Of a stretch of DNA of 64,000 bases, positions 35,350-44,715 are shown in pieces; position 1 is the stretch's first letter, and the number at the start of each line of letters is the position of its first letter. Location of the stretch: positions 2,526-66,525 of the forward strand of contig JBFYWB010000054.1 in assembly GCA_041299015.1 (NCBI GenBank). Direction: 5' to 3'. Position numbers and translations under genes: made by a program. The notes beneath the pieces are model-generated. The model was not told the origin of the DNA. It did no database searches and saw only the letters and a list, made by a program, of their open reading frames with translations. This DNA is from Deltaproteobacteria bacterium (lineage in GTDB: Bacteria > Desulfobacterota > Desulfobacteria > Desulfobacterales > SG8-13).

Positions 35350-36527
35350 AACAGATCGCATGGTGGACCTTCTGGCTGATTCTCACCTGTATCTGCACCT
35401 TTGCCGTGGCCGAGGAGCCGGATTCGAGCAAAAATGATATCCACGAACTTATGGAGGCCGCCAGTCAGGATGAACAGCGCCTCGAGCAAACCGGTGTGGT
35501 GTATAGGGATCCAAAGCTCGAAACTTACATCAACCAGGTGGCGATGCGACTGGTTGCATCCGAGCCGGTAAAAGATGGCCAATTCAGGGTCAAAGTGATC
35601 AAGGATCCGCACCTGAATGCCTTCACCTACCCCAATGGCCTCTGCTATGTCCATACCGGCATTCTTGCGCGGTTAGAAAACGAGGCTCAACTGGCGGCTT
35701 TGCTATCCCACGAGATTGCCCATTACATCCATCAGCATGCGATAGGCGGTATCCGACGCCTCCATCATCAGGCCACCCCTGCCGCTCGTGACTCGGCAGA
35801 GGAAGAAACAACTTCATCGGCAGCATTTGTGCTGCAGAGTGTCGAATGCGCGTGGTCCGGTTATCGCCATGAAGCCGAATTCGAGGCCGACCGGGAGGGG
35901 TTGAAGCTCATGATGCGGGCAGGTTACAATCCTTATGAGGCGTTGCGGCTCTTCGAACACCTGGCAGAGGAAATGGCTCGGGAGAACTATCAGGAGCCGC
36001 TGTTTTTCAGCTCGCATCCCCGATTGCAGACCCGTATCCAAAAGTGTACCGAATTCCTGGTTTCCATCGACCCAAGCGCAGGGTCATGGAATAACCGCGG
36101 AAACCGTTTTGGGCTCATGCTGCGAGATGTGATTCTGGATAACATCGCCCTCGATATTCAAGCCGGGCGTTTCACCCAAGCGCGCCAGGCTTCGGAGAAA
36201 TACCAGGCGACTTATTCGGATGATGCCCGAGCCTACTACTTGCTGGGGGAAATCCATCGTCGACTGGGCCGTGATCGGCACGAATCCGAACGAGCCGAAT
36301 CCTTTTATAAACGCGCCATCGACCTGGATGCCGATTACCCTGAACCGTATCGGGTTCTCGGTCTGATGTACTACAAATCCGGGCAACTTCAACAAGCGCA
36401 AGCGTATCTCGAAGCCAGTCTCCTGCTGGCGCCGCACGCACAGGAAAATACTTATATCCGGCACTACCTCGAGCGCATTCATTCACGAGGTCTGCGACCG
36501 GAAAAGTTGGCCTGCAGGGAAAAGTGA
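35346..36527 (+). CDS. M48-family Zn metallopeptidase with C-terminal TPR repeats (BepA-like)
   Basis: Signal peptide, LLSHEIAHYIHQH (HExxH), a downstream EADREG, and TPR-like repeats (AYYLLGEIHRRLG, PYRVLGLMYYKSGQ). Confidence 0.85.
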   Translation: MKQIAWWTFWLILTCICTFAVAEEPDSSKNDIHELMEAASQDEQRLEQTGVVYRDPKLETYINQVAMRLVASEPVKDGQFRVKVIKDPHLNAFTYPNGLCYVHTGILARLENEAQLAALLSHEIAHYIHQHAIGGIRRLHHQATPAARDSAEEETTSSAAFVLQSVECAWSGYRHEAEFEADREGLKLMMRAGYNPYEALRLFEHLAEEMARENYQEPLFFSSHPRLQTRIQKCTEFLVSIDPSAGSWNNRGNRFGLMLRDVILDNIALDIQAGRFTQARQASEKYQATYSDDARAYYLLGEIHRRLGRDRHESERAESFYKRAIDLDADYPEPYRVLGLMYYKSGQLQQAQAYLEASLLLAPHAQENTYIRHYLERIHSRGLRPEKLACREK

Positions 36528-36577
36528 GCTGCCGAGTTGCCGGCCCAACCGTCTTTTTAACCACCTGAAGTTGGCAG

Positions 36578-37123
36578 ATGAAAAACGGACTCATTCTACT
36601 GACCCTTATTGGTTTAATTACCGGATGTTGCGGCTGGAAGGCCGTCGATGGTGATTTTCAGGCAGATACCTATCGTATGGAGGTTCCCGGTGGGTGGATG
36701 AAATTTGACTCCGGCGCCTATGTGATGATTTCGCGCGACGGACCCTATCTTCAGTATATCTTGTTTCAGGAACGACCCCTGGACAGACCCTTTCGTCATG
36801 CCCGCAAGCGTCTGACTGCGGACATGCTACCCCAGGAAGCCGCCCAAACCGTTATTGACGACTTGTCTTCAGACCCGATGGTGGCGAATTTTGGCGTCAT
36901 CGAAAACGCACCGGCCGTCATCGACGACCATGATGGCTTCAAGTTGCTGTTCAACTACCGTGACCGGGAGGGGCTGATCCTAAAAACCGCCTATTACGGC
37001 TTCATTCAAGGCCAAAGCTACTATAGCCTTCGTTACACGGCTCCGCAGCGGTACTACTTTGATAAGGATATCGAGGTATTCGAATCGATGCTGGCGAAGT
37101 TTCACCTGCTTGCGGCACGTTGA
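36578..37123 (+). CDS. Lipoprotein of unknown function
   Basis: MKNGLILLTLIGLITGC is the lipobox. Confidence 0.6.
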   Translation: MKNGLILLTLIGLITGCCGWKAVDGDFQADTYRMEVPGGWMKFDSGAYVMISRDGPYLQYILFQERPLDRPFRHARKRLTADMLPQEAAQTVIDDLSSDPMVANFGVIENAPAVIDDHDGFKLLFNYRDREGLILKTAYYGFIQGQSYYSLRYTAPQRYYFDKDIEVFESMLAKFHLLAAR

Positions 37124-37422
37124 TGAACTGCCGATGGCCAATTGGCTCCGATTCATCTTTCGCCGGTGGTCGCGGCGAACTCGTTGCGGGTCGTCCTTTC
37201 TGCCGGCAGGTTGATATTTACTTGTTTTAAGCGGTTCGATATAGTCAGAACCGATTTTTGCGTTAAACGCTCTGGCCGCATTTTTGAAGTCGCCTTTTTT
37301 CGCGCATAGCCGGTCGATCGCTTGGGACCGAATGAGGCATCCGGATAAAACGGACGTGCTCATCACCGTGCAGTCCGCCGCTTTTCCGAAGGGTGAATCG
37401 AGGTGAAGACGGCGAAAACGCC

Positions 37423-38043
37423 ATGAAAATTCTGAGCGTTTCAGATGTTGTCGAGCCATCGCTGTATCCCGCAGTCGATACCGGCCGGTTTACAGGAATC
37501 GATCTCGTCTTGGCGTGCGGCGATCTGCCGCCGGAGTATCTGTCTTTTTTGAGAAACTTTTTTAACGTGCCTCTCTATTACATCCGCGGCAACCACGATA
37601 TCCGCTATGACAGAAAGCCGCCCCTTGGATGTACCGAGGTTCACGGCAGGCTGGTGCGGTTCAGGGGTGTTAACATTCTGGGATTTGGGGGCTCGCACTG
37701 GTATAACGGCGGGCCGCACCAGTACACCGAAGGGCAGATGCGACTCCTGGTATTTCGGATGCTGCCTGCGCTCTTGCGACGGGGCGGCGTTGACCTCGTC
37801 ATGACCCACGCCCCGCCGCGTTTTGTGCATGATGCCGAGGATCCCTGCCATCAGGGCTTTGTCGTCTTTCGCCGGCTGATTCGTCGATGGCGCCCGCAAT
37901 ACTTCATTCACGGGCACATCCACTGCAGTTTCACTCATGATGCCGAACGGATCACCCTGATAGAATCGACCCGGGTCGTTAACACTTATGGCCATTTTCA
38001 GCTTGAAATCGACGATCGCCCGACTGCGGGACAGACTTGGTAA
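37423..38043 (+). CDS. Calcineurin-like metallophosphoesterase
   Basis: MKILSVSDV, ACGDLP, IRGNHD, MTHAPP, GHIH. Confidence 0.75.
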   Translation: MKILSVSDVVEPSLYPAVDTGRFTGIDLVLACGDLPPEYLSFLRNFFNVPLYYIRGNHDIRYDRKPPLGCTEVHGRLVRFRGVNILGFGGSHWYNGGPHQYTEGQMRLLVFRMLPALLRRGGVDLVMTHAPPRFVHDAEDPCHQGFVVFRRLIRRWRPQYFIHGHIHCSFTHDAERITLIESTRVVNTYGHFQLEIDDRPTAGQTW

Positions 38044-39106
38044 ACACCTGCCGGATCAGGGTAAAAGCGTCAGTTTCAACGACCGTCGTCAAAGCGAAGC
38101 GGCTTTCGACAGCCGGATTCGGGGTATTCGAACCGTACCGATCGAACGGATCGTGGGCAGTGTCGGACGCTATCAGGATTTCGACGACCGGTTTCGATTG
38201 AAACCGCATGTTCCCTCGGAGCGGCTGCAGCGTATCAAAGAGGCCTTGCGGGAAGGTCGTTTGCTGCCGCCCGTGAAACTTTACCAGATCAAGGATGATT
38301 ACTATGTGATGGACGGCAATCATCGCATTGCGGCGGCCAAAGAGCTTGGACACGATGAAATTCTGGCCGACATCATCGAGCTCATTCCTTCGCCAACCAC
38401 CTTGCAGAATCTCGTTTTCCGCGACCGGGCGGATTTTCTCGACCGCACGCAGCTCAAAGGGGAGATCCAGTTGACCGAGGTCGGACAGTATGCCCATCTG
38501 CTCAAACAGATCGAAGACCACCGGGCCTATCTGCAGCAGGAACGAACCGACGGCCTTTCTTTAGATGCGGCCGCCCAGGACTGGTACAAAACCATCTACC
38601 GACCTCTCTGCGCGATCATCCGGCGCGGCCGTCTCCTGGAATCCCTGCCGGGCCGAAGCATCGCGGACCTGTACGCCTACATCTCGGTCCACCAGTGGGA
38701 AACAGGCCGGCGGCGGCGTTACGGTAGCGGGATCGACGAATTGATACCTGACGACATGGAGGCTTTTAGAAAGAAAATGATGGAAATGAAGGATTGCGAC
38801 TACCCGGAAATGCGCCGTGGGATCACGGCGTTTGTCCTGATGAACGTACAGGGGAAAAAAGAACTCAAAGTCATCGACAAGATTTACGAACTGGAAGAGG
38901 TCCGGGAAGTACACTCGGTTCACGGCGATATCGACATTCTGGTCAAAATCGTTCTGAGCCGTGATTTACTCAGCTCCGATGCCGAGGTCATTTCACAGTT
39001 CGTTCACGAGAAGATCCGGCAATTGCCGGGCGTCATCAGCACCAAGACCCTGATTCCGGGATACTCAAAAATCAAGGACGACCGGAGGGCTGCGGAACAA
39101 TCGTAA
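37988..39106 (+). CDS. ParB/Srx-like nuclease-fold N-domain fused to a C-terminal Lrp/AsnC-type ligand-binding domain
   Basis: PPVKLYQIKDDYYVMDGNHRIAAAKELG is ParB/Srx-like. The C-terminal part VREVHSVHGDIDILVKIV ... FVHEKIRQLPGVISTKTLI is AsnC_trans_reg-like. It overlaps the upstream gene by 56 nt. Confidence 0.7.
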   Translation: MAIFSLKSTIARLRDRLGKHLPDQGKSVSFNDRRQSEAAFDSRIRGIRTVPIERIVGSVGRYQDFDDRFRLKPHVPSERLQRIKEALREGRLLPPVKLYQIKDDYYVMDGNHRIAAAKELGHDEILADIIELIPSPTTLQNLVFRDRADFLDRTQLKGEIQLTEVGQYAHLLKQIEDHRAYLQQERTDGLSLDAAAQDWYKTIYRPLCAIIRRGRLLESLPGRSIADLYAYISVHQWETGRRRRYGSGIDELIPDDMEAFRKKMMEMKDCDYPEMRRGITAFVLMNVQGKKELKVIDKIYELEEVREVHSVHGDIDILVKIVLSRDLLSSDAEVISQFVHEKIRQLPGVISTKTLIPGYSKIKDDRRAAEQS

Positions 39107-39204
39107 GGCTGACCTCGAAGGGTTGCCGTGCAAGGGTTTTTCGCGCTGATCTTCGGTTGTCCTCGCCCGTCGTTGGTTCCGCATGTTTTCCAGTAACCGA
39201 GAAA

Positions 39205-39732
39205 ATGGAGACGACGATGCTGTTAGAAAGCAAATTGGTGCCGGTTTTAAGGGAGGCCGTTACGCTCATAAAGGCCGTGCTTTTCAAGCGCCTCAAGGCG
39301 AACCTAATGCGCGAATACCCTCGGCAGAATTCTGTGTACCTCAACAGGCTATCCGGTGCCGTGGTCAACGAATTGTTCGGTACCCCCAATACCGACCCGG
39401 TATTTACAGAGTTCAGCACGGAAAATCATGGCCGCATCGTGGCGGAGCTTAACACCTTGGCATCGGCGCTAAGCGATCTACAGGGTCCATTGACCGACGC
39501 ATTGCGCGTTCAGTTTCTCTGTGACAATCTCGAGGGGATCGACAGCGGCCCTGCGCTAATACGGGCGGAAGGCCTCGGAATCCTGTTGGTGGACCGCGAA
39601 GTCCCCTTGCCCAAGACATTCATGAACCTGGTGCGCCGGGTCGGAGTGGCCCACAGTCTCTTAAAGCCGTCGGCCTTTGCAGACGAAGATGAGACGGTGG
39701 AAATTCGCTTAGCTCGACCGGAAACCATCTGA
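39205..39732 (+). CDS. Hypothetical protein
   Basis: Coding-looking ORF. Candidate starts are 39205 and 39217 (the latter has GGAG upstream). No family recognised. Confidence 0.45.
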   Translation: METTMLLESKLVPVLREAVTLIKAVLFKRLKANLMREYPRQNSVYLNRLSGAVVNELFGTPNTDPVFTEFSTENHGRIVAELNTLASALSDLQGPLTDALRVQFLCDNLEGIDSGPALIRAEGLGILLVDREVPLPKTFMNLVRRVGVAHSLLKPSAFADEDETVEIRLARPETI

Positions 39733-39840
39733 CGCAAATTGGCAGCCCTGGGTAACATTTTTGGGCAGCCAAGTGCGCGAGAAGAACCATAATAACTTAT
39801 AACATTTTGGAATCATATATAATAATAAATACACGCCTAG

Positions 39841-39856
39841 TGGCATGCAAATTGCT
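39841..39856 (+). promoter_or_regulatory. Sigma-54 (-24/-12) promoter candidate
   Basis: TGGCAT-GCAAA-TTGCT directly after an AT-rich island. Confidence 0.5.
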
Positions 39857-39948
39857 GCGTGAAAACTTTGCAAAGCGTGATCCATAATGCGGTCCATGGG
39901 TTGGATCATAACGAGTCGGTTCAATCGGCAGATGCAGGAGGGTTCCCC

Positions 39949-40152
39949 TTGATCTGTGAACGCTGCTACCATCACAAAGGCTGTAAACAAAAACCATCCC
40001 CGGATGGCCGCTGCGACGGTTACCTCAAAGACGGTCGGATCGGTCTCGACGAGGACATCGAGATCAATCCGATGGACACGCTTACCATCGACTACGAAAC
40101 TCTCAAGAAATTTTTCAAAGATTTGAACGAAGAGCAATTGAAATCCGATTAG
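39949..40152 (+). CDS. Small Cys-rich hypothetical protein (about 67 aa)
   Basis: TTG start 6 nt after GCAGGAGGG. The protein reads ICERCYHHKGCKQKPSPDGRCDGYL ... The upstream part of the track ORF would precede the predicted sigma-54 transcription start. Confidence 0.35.
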   Translation: MICERCYHHKGCKQKPSPDGRCDGYLKDGRIGLDEDIEINPMDTLTIDYETLKKFFKDLNEEQLKSD

Positions 40153-40153
40153 A

Positions 40154-42031
40154 TCACGCCAGTTCGTCGAACCGGCATTTCAGATAAATGCCCTCCCCGT
40201 CGTAGGAGGTTTTCACCTTGTAGGGCAGGGTTTTAAAAAGCCGGATCATCGCCTGGTTATGGGGGGCGGTATAGGCGATCAGAGCGGCGATGCCGTTTTC
40301 CCGGGCGGCATCCGCCAGCTTCCTGAGGATAAGACGGCCGAGCCCTTTGTTCTGGTACTTTTTGTTTGCCGAAAAAGCCACTTCGGCCATGTTGTTATCC
40401 ACCAGCAGCATGCTCTCACCCACGGCCACCACCTGACCGAAACCGAACTCTCCGACCACCGCCACGAGAGTCAGGTCTTTAACATAGTCGATTTGTGATT
40501 TGCTTTCGACCTCTTTACGGTCGAAGCTGGTTTTTTCGTGGAAAAAACGGGAAAATATATCTTCCTTGTCGAGACTGTAGTAATGCTCCTGGATGCGGCG
40601 CTCGTCCACGGGTTTGGCGGGACGGATGGTGACCTCTACGCCATCGATTTCGATGGTTTCCTCGAGGCGGACCGGGTAGATACCCCGCACGGCCTCTCCG
40701 AGGGAACGCTCGGATCCGATTATACCGGCCCTCTTGGCCTGCTCGAAGAGTTCCTCTCTGAAATCCGGATGGGCGATTTGGATCATGGCGACAACCCGCT
40801 CCTGGTAGCTCTTGCCGAACAGGTTGATCACGCCATACTCAGTGGCCACATAGTTGACGTCCCCACGGGGCACCACCACCGCCCGGTCACCGAGCGCCGC
40901 AACGATGTTGCTGCTTTTTCCATCCTCCGTGGTTGAAAAAAGCATTAAAATCGACTTGCCGCCGGGTGCTCGGCGTGCCCCACGGACGAAATCGGCAATA
41001 CCGGACACGCCGGCATAAAACGTCTGCGCGGAGGCCTCGGCCGTTACCTGCCCGGTGAGGTCGATGGTTCTGGCGACGTTCATCGACACCATGCGGTTGT
41101 GGCGCGAGATGACAAACGGATCGTTGACATAATCCGATGGGCGAAAATCGACCGCTGGGTTGTCGTCGATGAAATCGTAGAGGCTGCGGGAGCCAATGGC
41201 GGCGGAGGCGACCAACTTGCCCTCGTTGAAACCCTTCTTGCGGTTCGTGACGACGCCCATGGCATAGAGGTGCATGATGTCGTCGGTCAGATACTGAGAA
41301 TGAATCCCCAGGTCGTTTTTATTGGAGAGGGCCTGGAGAGTTGCCTGGGATGCAGCATCCAGACCGATCTGCAGGGTGGAGCCGTCGTCGATGAGCCGGG
41401 CGATGTGCCGTCCGATGCGGGCCGCCGTTTCCGAGGAGTGCCGGGGACCGACGGCCAGCAGGTCTTCTTCGTGCTCCACGATCACGTCGACATCGTTGAC
41501 GTGGATGAAGCTCTGACCCAATACCCGCGGCATTTTCGAGTTTACCTGGGCGATGACCAAGTCTGCCGATCCAGCCGCCGCAAGAGTTACATCCACCGAA
41601 ACACCAAGACTCATCCAGCCGAAATCATCAGGAGGGGAGACCTGGATCAGGGCAACATTGATCGGCAGTTTGTGCGTTTTGAACAACCCGGGGACATCCG
41701 ACATGTTCATGGGCGTGATGAACCGCAGATTACGGGTAATCATGTCACCCTCGCGGGCCGAGCCCAAGTATATGGTTCGTACGCTCAGGCTGTGATCCAG
41801 AGTTCGGTCGGCAATTGCTGTCAACGATGTGGTTTCCATACTCATTAGGCGCAGGATTTCAAGGCCCGAAGAGCGGAGCGCCACCTCGGAGAGAGCCCGG
41901 ACGAGCGCCTGCGGTTCACCGCAGGCCGATCCAATGAACACACGCTGACCCGGTCGGATCAGGCTGACGGCTTCCAGCATAGTTTTCCTTTTCCCGATGT
42001 AATTGTCGGCCCAATATTCGGAACCAGCCAA
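40154..42031 (-). CDS. Acetyl-CoA hydrolase/transferase-family protein fused to a C-terminal GNAT acetyltransferase
   Basis: IRPGQRVFIGSACGEPQAL marks the CoA-transferase N-domain, followed by the C-domain. The C-terminal ~170 aa are GNAT (KKYQNKGLGRLILRKLADAAR). Confidence 0.85.
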   Translation of the reverse strand: MAGSEYWADNYIGKRKTMLEAVSLIRPGQRVFIGSACGEPQALVRALSEVALRSSGLEILRLMSMETTSLTAIADRTLDHSLSVRTIYLGSAREGDMITRNLRFITPMNMSDVPGLFKTHKLPINVALIQVSPPDDFGWMSLGVSVDVTLAAAGSADLVIAQVNSKMPRVLGQSFIHVNDVDVIVEHEEDLLAVGPRHSSETAARIGRHIARLIDDGSTLQIGLDAASQATLQALSNKNDLGIHSQYLTDDIMHLYAMGVVTNRKKGFNEGKLVASAAIGSRSLYDFIDDNPAVDFRPSDYVNDPFVISRHNRMVSMNVARTIDLTGQVTAEASAQTFYAGVSGIADFVRGARRAPGGKSILMLFSTTEDGKSSNIVAALGDRAVVVPRGDVNYVATEYGVINLFGKSYQERVVAMIQIAHPDFREELFEQAKRAGIIGSERSLGEAVRGIYPVRLEETIEIDGVEVTIRPAKPVDERRIQEHYYSLDKEDIFSRFFHEKTSFDRKEVESKSQIDYVKDLTLVAVVGEFGFGQVVAVGESMLLVDNNMAEVAFSANKKYQNKGLGRLILRKLADAARENGIAALIAYTAPHNQAMIRLFKTLPYKVKTSYDGEGIYLKCRFDELA

Positions 42032-42282
42032 TTTTGACCTCCTCGCTCGACTGCGGTGAAACGGTTATTTTTAGATGATCAACAATCGCGACGGTTTTCG
42101 AAGCCAATTACTAAACCATAGTTCGACCACTCGTCAATATCGGCCGTCAAGGCATCTTAAGGAGACTATAAGGTCAAATTTTCTCTGGTCATATGGGACA
42201 CGCCGATTCTGGGTCCGACCGGCTGGCCTTGCGGCGGCAGTTCGCCCTGCGAGGGGCATCATCAGTATCACGGAGGATTGCG

Positions 42283-44715
42283 ATGCAAGCTTACGAAAAA
42301 CTGGGCGTATTTTACCTCGGCAAAGCCTTTGACGTATCCGCCGGGAAACGACGCGATGAACTGATCCTGTATGATTCCAAGGACCTTTTGACACACGCCG
42401 TTATCATCGGCATGACCGGCAGCGGCAAGACCGGCTTGGGCATCGGACTGCTCGAGGAAGCGCTGATCGACCATATCCCGGTGATCGCCATCGATCCCAA
42501 AGGGGATCTTCCCAACCTGCTTCTCGGCTTTCCCGACCTGCTTCCCGCAGACTTCCGGCCCTGGGTGCAACCCGGCGATGCCGCCCGTCAGGGATTGAGT
42601 CTCGAGCAGTTTGCCGAAAAAACCGCGGCTGCGTGGCGCAAGGGACTGGCGGATTGGGACCAAGACCCGGAGCGGATCGCCCGATTGCGCGCAGCCGCCG
42701 ATTTCGCCGTCTACACTCCGGGCAGCACGGCCGGTTTGCCTGTCAATGTTCTGCGCAGCTTCGCTCCTCCTCCGCCGGAGACGCGATCGGACGCTGACCT
42801 TTTCCGGGAACGGATCCAATCCACGGTTACCGCCCTGTTGACCTTGTTGGGGATCGAAGCCGACGCCATTACCAGTCGAGAGCACATCCTGATGTCCACC
42901 ATCTTCGAGCAGGCCTGGGGTGCCGGTAGCGGGTTGGACCTCGCGAAACTCATCCGATCGATTCAGCAACCGCCGCTGGAGCGCGTCGGTGTGATGGATC
43001 TGGAGTCGTTTTATCCTGCCAGGGAGCGGTTTCAGCTGGCCCTGCGCTTGAACAACCTTCTGGCGGCTCCCGGTTTTGAGGCGTGGTTGACCGGGGATCC
43101 ATTGGATATCGGACGGATGCTGCATACATCCGCAGGCAAACCCAGGGCCTTGATCTTTTCCATCAGCCACCTGTCCGATGGCGAGCGGATGTTCTTCACC
43201 GCTTTGCTCCTCAATGAAATTCTCGGCTGGATGCGCACCCAATCGGGTACCGCCAGTCTCCGGGCGATACTTTACATGGACGAGATCTACGGTTTTTTCC
43301 CACCGGTGAGAAATCCACCGGCCAAGTCCCCGCTGCTGACCCTGTTGAAACAAGCCCGGGCTTTCGGTCTCGGGGTGGTGCTGTCCACTCAGAACCCGGT
43401 TGATCTTGATTATAAGGGCCTTGCCAACACCGGAACCTGGTTTATCGGGCGGTTGCAGACCGAAAACGACAAAAGGCGCGTTCTGGCAGGGCTCGATGGC
43501 GCTGCCGCCGGTACCCGGTTCAACCGGCAGCGAGTGGGCGAAATCCTATCCGGTCTCGGTAAGCGGGTGTTTCTGCTTCATAACGTGCACAACACCGAAC
43601 CGGTGGTTTTCGAAACCCGCTGGGTGATGTCTTATCTTTCCGGACCGATGACCCGGGAGCAGATCAAAGCCCTCTGCGCCGGTGTGCCGGTTAGGCAGGC
43701 CGCTGAGTCCTTCGCACCAGGCGCTGCGCCGCCGCCCGTTTCGCCCTCAGCGGTGCCGCTGCCCGGCAATGTCCTGCCACCGCTTCCGCCGACGGATGTG
43801 GCCGTGTTTTATATTCCGGCCTCAGGTGCCGGGCAGGGCCTGGCATATGTTCCGGCGGTAGGGGGGTGGATCGATGTCCACTACCGCAATTCACGCTACG
43901 GCATCGATGTCAATGATGCCATGGCCTTGGCGGCTCCCATCGCAGACGCCCCCCTGCCGGTTGACTGGGACCAGGCCTTGGAGATAGGAGCGGCCCCCGA
44001 TGATCTGGCGAGTTCTCCTTTACCCGGTGCCGTGTTTACCGGCCTGCCCGCCGCCGCCAGTCGGGCTGGCGATTACAAAAAGTGGCGCAATGACATGCTG
44101 CGCTGGGTCCGGCAGAACCGTGCGCTGATCCTTCATCAGTCCAAAAGGTTTAAAATGGCCAGTTTCCCCGGCGAGACCGAAGGGGCTTTCCGAGCGCGCC
44201 TGGCTCAGGCGGCCCGCGAACAGAGGGATCTCGAGGTCGAACGCTTGCGCCGTAAATACGCAGAGAAGTATGCCGTTCTCCAGGACCGGCGGATGCGGGC
44301 CGATCAGGTGCTGGTCCGGGAGCAGGAACAGGCGAAGGCCAAAAAAGTCGAGAGCGTGATTTCTTTCGGCACGGCTATCCTGGGGGCCTTTCTCGGTCGC
44401 AGGACCGTCAGCTCGGGGAGTGTGGCGCGGGTGGGCTCAGCCATTAAGTCTGCCGGGCGTTTGAACAAGGAGCAGATGGATGTCGCCCAGGCCCAGGAAA
44501 CGATGGCGGTCGTGAACGACAAAATTGCCGATCTGGAAGCGCGCCTGCAGAATGACGTCGACCTGTTGGATGCCGCCTATGACCCTGGGAGCGAGCCTTT
44601 GGAAGAGGTGCGCCTGAACCCCCGGAGCACCGACATTGCGCTCCGTATTTTCGGGCTGCTGTGGCTGCCCTACCGCAAGGACGCCGGCGGGCGTATGGTG
44701 CCGGACTGGTCCTAA
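42283..44715 (+). CDS. HerA/FtsK-superfamily (DUF87-type) P-loop ATPase, 810 aa, with a C-terminal coiled coil and a hydrophobic segment
   Basis: Walker A IIGMTGSGKTGLG, Walker B AILYMDEIYGFF, and STQNPVDLDYK. The C-terminus has coiled-coil segments flanking a single hydrophobic stretch (VISFGTAILGAFLG). The ATG has CGGAGGA upstream. Confidence 0.75.
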   Translation: MQAYEKLGVFYLGKAFDVSAGKRRDELILYDSKDLLTHAVIIGMTGSGKTGLGIGLLEEALIDHIPVIAIDPKGDLPNLLLGFPDLLPADFRPWVQPGDAARQGLSLEQFAEKTAAAWRKGLADWDQDPERIARLRAAADFAVYTPGSTAGLPVNVLRSFAPPPPETRSDADLFRERIQSTVTALLTLLGIEADAITSREHILMSTIFEQAWGAGSGLDLAKLIRSIQQPPLERVGVMDLESFYPARERFQLALRLNNLLAAPGFEAWLTGDPLDIGRMLHTSAGKPRALIFSISHLSDGERMFFTALLLNEILGWMRTQSGTASLRAILYMDEIYGFFPPVRNPPAKSPLLTLLKQARAFGLGVVLSTQNPVDLDYKGLANTGTWFIGRLQTENDKRRVLAGLDGAAAGTRFNRQRVGEILSGLGKRVFLLHNVHNTEPVVFETRWVMSYLSGPMTREQIKALCAGVPVRQAAESFAPGAAPPPVSPSAVPLPGNVLPPLPPTDVAVFYIPASGAGQGLAYVPAVGGWIDVHYRNSRYGIDVNDAMALAAPIADAPLPVDWDQALEIGAAPDDLASSPLPGAVFTGLPAAASRAGDYKKWRNDMLRWVRQNRALILHQSKRFKMASFPGETEGAFRARLAQAAREQRDLEVERLRRKYAEKYAVLQDRRMRADQVLVREQEQAKAKKVESVISFGTAILGAFLGRRTVSSGSVARVGSAIKSAGRLNKEQMDVAQAQETMAVVNDKIADLEARLQNDVDLLDAAYDPGSEPLEEVRLNPRSTDIALRIFGLLWLPYRKDAGGRMVPDWS

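Noticed and set aside
36980-37459. 159-aa minus-strand ORF spanning the gap between the lipoprotein gene and the phosphoesterase gene
   Set aside because: It overlaps the 3' end of the well-supported lipoprotein gene and the 5' end of the phosphoesterase gene. It has no RBS or family signature and has basic low-complexity stretches.
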